A DNA stretch of 32,000 bases from Desulfatiglandaceae bacterium (GCA_041753575.1 JBGSUA010000033.1:58091-90090); one strand, 5' to 3'. Shown: positions 8,712 to 16,017, counted from the first letter of the stretch. The notes: generated from the letters alone by a model not told the origin. Numbers and translations are program-made.

Positions 8712-10112
8712 TTAAAGACCCAGTTCAGCCCACCTAGCCTTTACCTTTTTCACCACTTCCTGGTCAAGCACTATAGGAATAGGCTTTTCCTTCCATTCAT
8801 AGGGGATTGTCGCATCCATCAAAAGCCTTCCCGTAATGTCTCTGGTATTAATAGGAAGAGAGGGGTCAAGCGGAGTGGAGCGGCCCCTCTTTATGACCTG
8901 GCTTCTGTTCGGCTGGAACCTGAAACTCAGGGCGTACAGAACTCTTGGAATATCCCAGGGATCTATATCTTCATCTACCACAATGACGGTCTTGAGTCCG
9001 TAAGCGCCCATCTCAGTTGAGATGGCTGCCGTGAGCACCTGGTCCGCATGCCCAGGATACATGGTTTTTACGGAAATGATGGCGAGAAACCTGCCTGAGC
9101 CCTCCGGCGGACAGTAAACTGCCTTTATGCCGGGGATTCTCATATCAACAAGCTGCTGCCAGAGCGTAGCGCCATAGGTAAGGGCCATGGTCATGTGGGT
9201 GTCTGTTACGGCCCTTCCGACGGTTGTTCCCCAGAAGATGGGATTGTTCCTGTGGGTGACGCATTTTACTGCTATGTAGTTTCTTTCGTCGGTCCCGACC
9301 CCTGAATAGTAGCCTGTATATTCGCCGAAAGGACCCTCGGGAAGTGTCTTATTGGGGTCAACTTCTCCCTCAACGACGATCTCGGCAAAGGCAGGCACGG
9401 GAAGATCGTTGGTTTCCGCCTTCACGACCTCTATGGGGTTGCCTCGGATTGCGCCTGCCAGATCATATTCGCATTCAAAGGCACTGACCCTTGCCGCTCC
9501 CATCAGGAAAAGCAGGGGATCACATCCTACAACAACGGCTACAGGCATTGATTTTCCCATTGCCTGATATTTCTTCAGCATCATGTCGGCGTGTTTGCCC
9601 TTTATAAACTGAGTGCCCAGGCGGTTTTTCGCCAGCAGTTGCAATCTGTATGTCCCTAGATTAACCCACCCTGTATCAGGGTCCTTGGTCAGTACGAAAT
9701 GGGCTGTCCCGAAGAAGCGCCCTCCGTCTTTTGGATAGTATTTTGGAACGGGGAATTTGAAGAGATCAATGTCTTCACCTTTGATGATGTTTTCCTTGCA
9801 GGGGCCGGAGTCCACCCATTTAGGAGGAACCTTGGCCTTGTTCTTCTCAACCCAGAACCTCATGAGGTCAACAAGGGTGGAATTCCTGGGAAGACCCATG
9901 ATAAGGGCCAGTCTTTGGGTTGTGGTGCACACACTGGTAATGACAGGGCTCTTATAGCCTTTTACATTTTCAAAGAGAAGTGCCGGGCCTGCAACTTCTT
10001 CATTGAGCTTCGCGATGTGTGAAAGCTCCAGGTTCCAGTCCACCTCAGCCTTTATTCTCTTGAGCTGTCCTTCCTTTTCCGCTTGTGAAATAAATTCTCT
10101 CATGTCCTTCAT
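8712..10112 (-). CDS. ubiD: UbiD-family prenyl-FMN-dependent (de)carboxylase (phenylphosphate-carboxylase alpha/beta-like size)
   Basis: ORF 8712..10127 (TTG), trimmed to the ATG at 10112 with a GAGGA SD. UbiD hallmarks PALLFENVKGY and PEGPFGEYTGYY. 466 aa. Confidence 0.9.
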   Translation of the reverse strand: MKDMREFISQAEKEGQLKRIKAEVDWNLELSHIAKLNEEVAGPALLFENVKGYKSPVITSVCTTTQRLALIMGLPRNSTLVDLMRFWVEKNKAKVPPKWVDSGPCKENIIKGEDIDLFKFPVPKYYPKDGGRFFGTAHFVLTKDPDTGWVNLGTYRLQLLAKNRLGTQFIKGKHADMMLKKYQAMGKSMPVAVVVGCDPLLFLMGAARVSAFECEYDLAGAIRGNPIEVVKAETNDLPVPAFAEIVVEGEVDPNKTLPEGPFGEYTGYYSGVGTDERNYIAVKCVTHRNNPIFWGTTVGRAVTDTHMTMALTYGATLWQQLVDMRIPGIKAVYCPPEGSGRFLAIISVKTMYPGHADQVLTAAISTEMGAYGLKTVIVVDEDIDPWDIPRVLYALSFRFQPNRSQVIKRGRSTPLDPSLPINTRDITGRLLMDATIPYEWKEKPIPIVLDQEVVKKVKARWAELGL

Positions 10113-10146
10113 AGATTTTCCTCGCAAAATAGTCTAGTTTTCTCAA

Positions 10147-11214
10147 TTAAGGGATGCGGATTCGCTTCATGGCCCTTTCCATCAGAAGCTCATAGCCACT
10201 CTTCTTGCCAAGCAACGGTTCTTTCCTTTTCTGACTCCAAACGGTCTCAGGTCTTGCCTGTACTATGAAGATGTTGTGGGGGAAGGGCAGGTCTTTGTCT
10301 ATGGCCCACTCAATATCCATGGCTCGTCCGTAATGGCGTTCAATTTCTTTTCCCATTTGAACCAGCATCTTCACCTCGCGGTCCTCAAGGCAGCACTTGC
10401 CTCTCATGTCCGGATCTACTTCGCAATTGGCCACCTCCCCTTTAGCCTGATCAAAGAGGCAGGCGATATGCTTATCTGAAATCCTCCTTTCGCTTATCTC
10501 CAAAATGACCTTGTCAACCACGAATTTGTCCGGGTTCACAGATCCTGAAACTACCGTCTCTCCAAGTCCCCAGCTTCCCTCTATTACCGCCTTTGAAGGG
10601 TCACCGTCGGTGGGATTAATGGTAAACATGACGCCGGCAACCTTGGAATTGACCATCTTCTGCACCCCCACGCTTATCAGTACCTTTTCGTGGGGAAAGC
10701 GGTTTTTCATCCGATAGCTGACTGCCCTGGGGTTAAAAAGACTTGCCCAGCATTTCTTAACTTTTTCAGCCACATCTGAGGCGCCTTGGATCCAAAGATA
10801 TGTATCCTGCTGTCCGGCAAAACTGGCGTTCGGCAGGTCTTCCGCGGTAGCGCTTGAGCGGACCGCAACCGGGACACTGCTTAGAGAAAGCATCTCACAC
10901 AGATCTCTGTAATGCTCAGAAATGGCCTTCGCTACCTGTTCAGGGAGCGGCCGGCTTTCTATCATGGATTGTATCTCTTCGGTCGCCCTGAGAAGTTCCG
11001 CGGTATCTTCAGGATCAAGCCCGGAGAGCAATGCGTAGATATTATCCTTTATTCCCGTATCAGAGATGAACTCAAGATATGAATCCGTGGTCACGGCAAA
11101 TCCGGGAGGAACACGTATCCCGGCCTTGATCATCTCGCCGAGGCTTGCGTTTTTCCCTCCCACTGTTGCCAGGCAATCTTTATCCACCTTACGGAAATCG
11201 AGGATGTAGTCCAT
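10147..11214 (-). CDS. PEP-synthase N-terminal (ATP-grasp) homologue, phenylphosphate synthase beta (40 kDa subunit)-like
   Basis: 355 aa. N-terminus LATVGGKNASLGEMIKAGIRVPPGF matches the PEP/pyruvate-binding domain of the PEP synthase/PPDK family. There is no His swivel domain in this ORF. AGGAGG SD 6 nt upstream. Confidence 0.85.
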   Translation of the reverse strand: MDYILDFRKVDKDCLATVGGKNASLGEMIKAGIRVPPGFAVTTDSYLEFISDTGIKDNIYALLSGLDPEDTAELLRATEEIQSMIESRPLPEQVAKAISEHYRDLCEMLSLSSVPVAVRSSATAEDLPNASFAGQQDTYLWIQGASDVAEKVKKCWASLFNPRAVSYRMKNRFPHEKVLISVGVQKMVNSKVAGVMFTINPTDGDPSKAVIEGSWGLGETVVSGSVNPDKFVVDKVILEISERRISDKHIACLFDQAKGEVANCEVDPDMRGKCCLEDREVKMLVQMGKEIERHYGRAMDIEWAIDKDLPFPHNIFIVQARPETVWSQKRKEPLLGKKSGYELLMERAMKRIRIP

Positions 11215-11252
11215 GAGCGCCTCCTGAGAAATTGTGTATTAATCGTAACTAA

Positions 11253-11418
11253 TCAGGTTGTCAGGTTCACTGTTCACGGTTTAAATGAAAATGCTTCCAA
11301 CTTATTGACCATTTTCATCTTTCGTTGTGCCCTACCCGGGCATGGCCGTTAGCTAGTTGGCTTTCGTTCTTCATAGCTCTCTAACCTTGAACCGCGAACC
11401 CCTGAACTTTGAACCTGA
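11253..11418. repeat. Long imperfect dyad built from phased GGTT(C) and GAAC(C) arrays
   Basis: Left arm 11253-11282: tcaGGTTgtcaGGTTCactGTTCacGGTT. Right arm 11383-11418: AACCttGAACCgcGAACCcctGAACtttGAACCtga. Outer 7 bp (tcaggtt/aacctga) are perfectly complementary, and inner blocks pair 6, 5 and 4 bp with bulges. A perfect 9-bp hairpin, atgaaaatg (11285-11293) / cattttcat (11310-11318), is nested between the arms. Confidence 0.6.
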
Positions 11419-11472
11419 GTATTTACTAATAATCTAAGTATTCAGGTTATTAGGCTGTAGGCTGATAGCCTG

Positions 11473-11533
11473 TTAGTCATTGCGTATGGCATTCTCTTGA
11501 AGCTCTGCAATCTAAAAGCCTACAGGCTATCTA
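11473..11533 (+). repeat. 61-nt dispersed intergenic element, copy 1
   Basis: ttagtcattgcgtatggcat...taaaagcctacaggctatcta aligns without gaps to the reverse complement of 29116-29176. I counted 46/61 identities by hand. The ends are conserved (18/20 and 19/21) and the centre is variable (9/20). Confidence 0.65.
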
Positions 11534-11571
11534 ACCGTAACTAATAGAACTCATTAAGATCGTTGTTCCCG

Positions 11572-11669
11572 GGAGGACGTGAGAGTCGCATAAGGCGCCC
11601 GGCATGTACCCGGGGAAAGGCGATTGCACTTTCGATTTCATCAGGTCTCGAGCGACTCACACGTCCTTC
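11572..11669 (-). repeat. 18-nt inverted repeat (16/18) with 62-nt spacer, directly after the PpsA-like stop codon
   Basis: ggaggacgtgagagtcgc (11572-11589) versus gcgactcacacgtccttc (11652-11669). One mismatch becomes a G-U pair in RNA. An inner cccgg/ccggg mini-hairpin sits in the spacer. On the mRNA strand the stem begins 6 nt after the TAG at 11677-11675. Confidence 0.6.
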
Positions 11670-11674
11670 TACTG

Positions 11675-13531
11675 CTAAACCCGCTTAACTATGGTTACAA
11701 CTCCGGTATCTCCATCCACTCTTACTATGTCCCCGGTCTTTATGACTGAGGTGGCAATGCCTGTTCCAGTTACGGACGGGACGCCATATTCACGGCACAC
11801 TATGGCAGCGTGGCTGGTAAGACCGCCGATATCGGTGACCGCAGCCTTTATCTTTGTAAAGACAGGTGCCCACGAAGGGTTGGTGGAGGGGCAGACCAGC
11901 ACCTCTCCGGCCTTGAGATCAACTATATCCTTCAGCAGTTTCAGCACCCTGGCAGGTCCTTCCGCAGCTCCTGCGGAAGAGGCAAAGCCCTTTATCTCTC
12001 CTGCTGATCCTGCGGCTCCCGCATCAACGCCTTTAAGCCACTCCTTGACCTTGTCTGTGGTGATGCCCCAGAGCATAATGGTAAATGGTTCAGCCACTTC
12101 CTCGGGCGGCACGCCCAGGGCCGGGGTCTGCGCCCAGTTGCGGGCTGCTTCGAGGATTTTTTTCCTCTTGGCGGCCTTGGCTTTATAATAGCTTGACCTC
12201 AGGGGTATGTTGACGCCCAGGGCCCAACCGGTTGCGATCTCCGTGAGCATCTCTGGTATCTCATAGCGGTTGAACATGAATATGTCGTCAACCTTTTCTA
12301 ACAGACCGCGTTTTACCATTATGTTTCCTAAGTTGCGGATCTTGCCAAACCAGATGGTGTGGAACCAGTGCTCGACCCAGAAGAGATGATCCTCTGCGTA
12401 TCTGTAAATGGTCCTGACCGTCTTATAGGCGTTATCGAAGGTGGTTCTGTCTTCGTCTGATTTGATAAGGTCTCTATAGCTTTTTATTATGTCCTCGCGC
12501 TGTTTGTCTATGTGGTCCAGTGAGCGCTCTATCTTTTCGCCTTTTTCCAGTCTTGCGATATAGTCCTTGATGTAGTTGAAGGGGATCTCGGGTTGCGTCA
12601 GCCAGCTTCCTTCATAGTGGAGCCAGCCGCTTCCGCATGAGACATAAAACCATGGGTCTCTTGCCTTATTATACTCTTCAATCCACTGACGTCCGTCGGG
12701 GGTGGTGTCCAGTTCCGCCAGCTTTTCGGAGACTGTCTTGTTGTTTGATAAAACTCCCTTCACCCCCTTCAGAGAGGTTGCAAGCCTTGATAGTCTGCAC
12801 AGTTCTTCTTCAGGACGGAACATGGACACGTATGCCCCTGCCACCATCTTGCCGATGGCGCTTTCGCTGATGCCGGGGAAGAGCTTTCTTGCCACATCCG
12901 CAAACATCAGGTAAGCAAGATAGGTAAGGTTGAGCATCTCAAAGTGATACTGCCAGCCCTTGAACACCATATTTACCAGCTTGTCAAAGACCTCCACCAG
13001 TTCATAGGATACATAGTATCCCCTCGGCGCTGGGATGACCTGATCCTCAGGAGCGAACTTGGGCATCTCCTCAGGAACATTAAGTGCCTTCATCTCATTG
13101 CCCAGGACCTTGAACTTGGTAAGCCACTTGTCCCAGAGTTCATCATAGTGATCAAAGACATAGAAGACCCTCTTCTGGAAGAGCTCCGCCTTCTCGCCTA
13201 TAACCTCAGGAGGAGGAGGCTCAACCGCGCAGATGTACAAGTAGCATCCTACCATCCTCTGGGCGATGCCCTGGGCGGGCGGTATGCAAAATACCCTGGT
13301 TGTGTATTGCGATAGCGAGATCTGCCACGCCTCCTGGAAGATCAGGTCCAGGGGCGGCATGGGTTCAGGCGCGTGGATCTTGTCCTGATACCAGAACTGC
13401 CTCTTTTCCCAGTCCATCCTGTCTTTGGAGAACAGATAGTGGGAGGGGTACATCTCTTCCCAGCCTTCAAGCTCCGGTGGGACCTTAAATTCATGGGGAT
13501 CCGGGAACCTGCCTGCCTTTTCGTCTGCCAT
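11675..13531 (-). CDS. PEP-utilising enzyme with C-terminal phospho-His swivel domain, phenylphosphate synthase alpha (70 kDa subunit)-like
   Basis: ORF 11675..13582, trimmed to the ATG at 13531 (MADEKAGRFPDPHEF) with AAGGAGG 7 nt upstream. The C-terminus GEVLVCPSTNPSWAPVF...TDIGGLTSHAAIVCREYGVPSV is the PEP-utilisers mobile-domain His motif. 618 aa. Confidence 0.85.
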   Translation of the reverse strand: MADEKAGRFPDPHEFKVPPELEGWEEMYPSHYLFSKDRMDWEKRQFWYQDKIHAPEPMPPLDLIFQEAWQISLSQYTTRVFCIPPAQGIAQRMVGCYLYICAVEPPPPEVIGEKAELFQKRVFYVFDHYDELWDKWLTKFKVLGNEMKALNVPEEMPKFAPEDQVIPAPRGYYVSYELVEVFDKLVNMVFKGWQYHFEMLNLTYLAYLMFADVARKLFPGISESAIGKMVAGAYVSMFRPEEELCRLSRLATSLKGVKGVLSNNKTVSEKLAELDTTPDGRQWIEEYNKARDPWFYVSCGSGWLHYEGSWLTQPEIPFNYIKDYIARLEKGEKIERSLDHIDKQREDIIKSYRDLIKSDEDRTTFDNAYKTVRTIYRYAEDHLFWVEHWFHTIWFGKIRNLGNIMVKRGLLEKVDDIFMFNRYEIPEMLTEIATGWALGVNIPLRSSYYKAKAAKRKKILEAARNWAQTPALGVPPEEVAEPFTIMLWGITTDKVKEWLKGVDAGAAGSAGEIKGFASSAGAAEGPARVLKLLKDIVDLKAGEVLVCPSTNPSWAPVFTKIKAAVTDIGGLTSHAAIVCREYGVPSVTGTGIATSVIKTGDIVRVDGDTGVVTIVKRV

Positions 13532-13586
13532 GATTTGCCTCCTTCTTGAGTTGGTTTGGGTTAACGAAAAATACCGGTTCACACAA

Positions 13587-13617
13587 GCGGATTACCCCCT
13601 GCAGTCGGGTAATCCGC
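13587..13617 (-). promoter_or_regulatory. Perfect 10-bp hairpin or palindrome in the leader of the pps-like operon
   Basis: gcggattacc (13587-13596) / ggtaatccgc (13608-13617) with an 11-nt loop, about 55 nt upstream of the ATG at 13531. There is no U-tract directly after it on the sense strand. Confidence 0.4.
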
Positions 13618-13801
13618 AAAAGACTATACCCCTTTTGCCAACCCGGAATAAGAGGGTCCATGAAAGGGAGGCCGGGTTGTATAACATGGATACCTTCCTA
13701 TTAATGCCGGGAAGGTTTCAAATGCGTTAGACTGAAAAAGAAAAGAACCACTTCCTCCGCAATCATTGCTCACATAAAAAAGCAGTGTCAATTTCATTTT
13801 T

Positions 13802-13818
13802 CTTATGATATCCATAAG
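13802..13818. promoter_or_regulatory. Perfect palindrome CTTATG-N5-CATAAG, candidate LysR (T-N11-A type) operator
   Basis: cttatgatatccataag lies in the divergent region between the pps-like operon and the LysR gene. It contains a T-N11-A core. A second overlapping dyad ATAA-N7-TTAT sits at 13814-13828. Confidence 0.4.
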
Positions 13819-13871
13819 CTCAGGTTATAATGAATCAGATGGATAATATTTCCTTATCAGGAAAGGATGGG

Positions 13872-14876
13872 ATGCTGAATCTTAACCAACTGAGGATCTT
13901 TTATCATACGGCAAAGCGCCTCAGCTTTACGGCCGCGGCAAGGGATCTTTTCATAACCCAGCCGGCGGTTTCCGCCCAGATGAAGAACTTTGAGGATCTT
14001 TGTGGGCTGAGACTGTTCAGGAAAAGGGGCAAAACCCTTCACCTGACGGAAGAGGGATCCATCCTCTATGAATTGTCAAAAAGGATATTTGAATGCGAAA
14101 GGGAGATGGAAAACGCCCTGGAGGAGATGAGAGAGCTGAAGCGGGGCGTCCTTCGGCTCGGGACTACAAAGACATACGCAAGATATTTTATGCCCGATAT
14201 TATTTCAAGGTTTCATGAAGCTTACCCGCATATCAAGGTGCAGTTAAACGAGGGAAGTTCCCTTGAGATGACTGAAAGCCTTCTGGATTTTCACAATGAG
14301 GTTGCCATAATAGCAAAGGCGACCGACCACCCTGATGTAGTCTTCAGTCCATTCAGCCAGGAGGAAGTGGTCCTTATTACAAGCCCGTGGCATCCCTTTC
14401 GGGGAAAGGGCTATGTGACGGTTGATGAACTTGCCTCTGAGCCCATAATCATGAAGGAAAAGGGCTCCGGAACAAGGAAACTTGCAAGTGAACTCTTTGC
14501 AGACAGAGGGCTCGTTCCCAATATCCTCATGGAGACAGGCAACACTGAATTCATCAAACAGCTTGTTCAGAAGGGTGAGGGAATTGCCTTTCTTGTAAAG
14601 GCGGCCGTTTCCTTTGAGTTGCAGGAGGGCAAACTGGGCGCGGTAAAAATTGCTGACAGGACTCTCTTGCTCGATGTGAGCATCGCCAGGCTCAGGAATC
14701 AGCCTCTGTCGCCAGCCGGAAGGGTCTTTCTGGATATGCTTGCCGAGATAGCTTCAGCGTGTGGAAAGTCGTCGAAGGGGCTGAGGGCCATCATGGCCGA
14801 TGTGCTGGCTACCCATTGGAATCTGCCATCTCATGGAGATACCGGGCGGCAAGCTCAGCAAAGGCAGGATCATTGA
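13872..14876 (+). CDS. LysR-family transcriptional regulator
   Basis: ORF 13830..14876. I prefer the ATG at 13872 (MLNLNQLRIFYHTAKRLSFTAAARDLFITQPAVSAQMKNFE is the canonical LysR wHTH N-terminus), which has a GGAAAGGA SD. The ATG at 13830 is an alternative. The C-terminal 68 nt overlap the convergent gene. Confidence 0.85.
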   Translation: MLNLNQLRIFYHTAKRLSFTAAARDLFITQPAVSAQMKNFEDLCGLRLFRKRGKTLHLTEEGSILYELSKRIFECEREMENALEEMRELKRGVLRLGTTKTYARYFMPDIISRFHEAYPHIKVQLNEGSSLEMTESLLDFHNEVAIIAKATDHPDVVFSPFSQEEVVLITSPWHPFRGKGYVTVDELASEPIIMKEKGSGTRKLASELFADRGLVPNILMETGNTEFIKQLVQKGEGIAFLVKAAVSFELQEGKLGAVKIADRTLLLDVSIARLRNQPLSPAGRVFLDMLAEIASACGKSSKGLRAIMADVLATHWNLPSHGDTGRQAQQRQDH

Positions 14877-16017
14877 CATGATAATCCGCCTCTAAGATCA
14901 TGATTCCTTTATCCAGTCTTTCCTTTATGGTTTCTAAAAAAATTCGCGTAAGGGCCTGATCAAAAAGGGGCGCCCCCTTACGGTCCGCCTCCGACCACCC
15001 CTTGAGCGGCACGAGCAGCCTCGTATGATGCGGTGCAAGATTGAGGCGCTCCGCCACGGTCTGAGCAATCTGTCTTGTCTCGTCAGCGCTCAGGCGTATG
15101 GCGGATCTGAAGTCGTAGAAAAAGACGGGTCTGTCTTTGTAAGCGTCAGGGACAGTGTCTCGGGTGAATTCGAGCACCGCGCAGTCAAGCCCGCCAGGCA
15201 CTACAAGGCGGGGCACATCTCTGCCATCCGGGGGTGCGAGTCTCTTAGGTCCGATTCCTTTGCAGTATCCGCCCTTGAGTTCGTCGGCGAATTCATGGGT
15301 AGCCAGATCCAGTATGCCGTCAAAAAGGCCTTCCGAGGCAAGCTCTTCCATTGCCATACCGCCCGTGCCGTTCGCATGGAAGGCTATCACCTCATATCCC
15401 AGGGCCTCAAGGGCCGCCCTGGTGTGTTCGGCTCCCTCCGTTATAAATCCGAACATGGTGAGAGCTATTCTCTTCCTGGGAGAACCCGGCCTCCATTTGG
15501 CCCTTGCCATGGCGCACACGGCCTCAGCAGCCCTGTCAAGCACAGCGCCGGTTATGGAGTTTACCCCGAGCAGATCCACCACACTGTGCATCATGGTTAT
15601 GTCCTTTGTGCCTACAATCGCCGACATATCTCGAGAGGCCACCGTTGACAACATGACCTTTGGAATGCCGAGGGGCAGCACCTTCATAATGGATGTGCAG
15701 ATGTGGGTGCCGGTTCCTCCTCCGGCGCTGATGATCCCAGAGATGAGTCCTTTACCGAAAAGCTCTTCAACCAGCTCCCTTGCCCTTGAAATGACCAAGG
15801 CTATAGCCTCATCACGGCTTCCGGATGGTTCGGATTCATTAAGAAGTTCGCTATGGATATCAAAGTCAGGGTCAAAAAGAGGGCGGCCCTTGGTTCCGAC
15901 GTTGATTGTCAGAGCCTTGAGTCCAAGGGCCTCTATTCGGTTTTTGAGGAAGAGGTGTTCCTCACCCTTTGAGTCAAAGGTGCCCAAGACGGCAATAACT
16001 GTTTTTTCTGCGCTCAA
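14809..16017 (-). CDS. UPF0261 / Tm-1-like ATP-binding domain protein (paralogue 2)
   Basis: 402 aa. VIAVLGTFDSKGEEHLFLKNRIE and AGGGTGTHICTSIMKVLPLGIPKVMLST are collinear with the 5100..6344 protein. Only a TTG start is available near the family N-terminus, and the SD is weak. Confidence 0.7.
   Translation of the reverse strand: MSAEKTVIAVLGTFDSKGEEHLFLKNRIEALGLKALTINVGTKGRPLFDPDFDIHSELLNESEPSGSRDEAIALVISRARELVEELFGKGLISGIISAGGGTGTHICTSIMKVLPLGIPKVMLSTVASRDMSAIVGTKDITMMHSVVDLLGVNSITGAVLDRAAEAVCAMARAKWRPGSPRKRIALTMFGFITEGAEHTRAALEALGYEVIAFHANGTGGMAMEELASEGLFDGILDLATHEFADELKGGYCKGIGPKRLAPPDGRDVPRLVVPGGLDCAVLEFTRDTVPDAYKDRPVFFYDFRSAIRLSADETRQIAQTVAERLNLAPHHTRLLVPLKGWSEADRKGAPLFDQALTRIFLETIKERLDKGIMILEADYHVNDPAFAELAARYLHEMADSNG

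Noticed and set aside
11215-11674. CRISPR array, tandem-repeat locus or MITE interpretation of the pps spacer.
   Set aside because: The repeats are 4-7 nt units and dyads, not 25-40-nt direct repeats with unique spacers. The 12/13 direct repeat could be a target-site duplication, but the enclosed block has no terminal inverted repeats that I could align. The MITE idea stays a weak hypothesis inside the finding rather than a called mobile element.
13618-13830. Sigma54 (-24 TGGCAC / -12 TTGC) or clear sigma70 promoter for the pps-like operon.
   Set aside because: I scanned the minus strand. A perfect TTGACA occurs (reverse complement near 13779-13784) but has no acceptable -10 at 16-19 nt. TGGCA near 13640 lacks a -12 GC element. 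No promoter is called.
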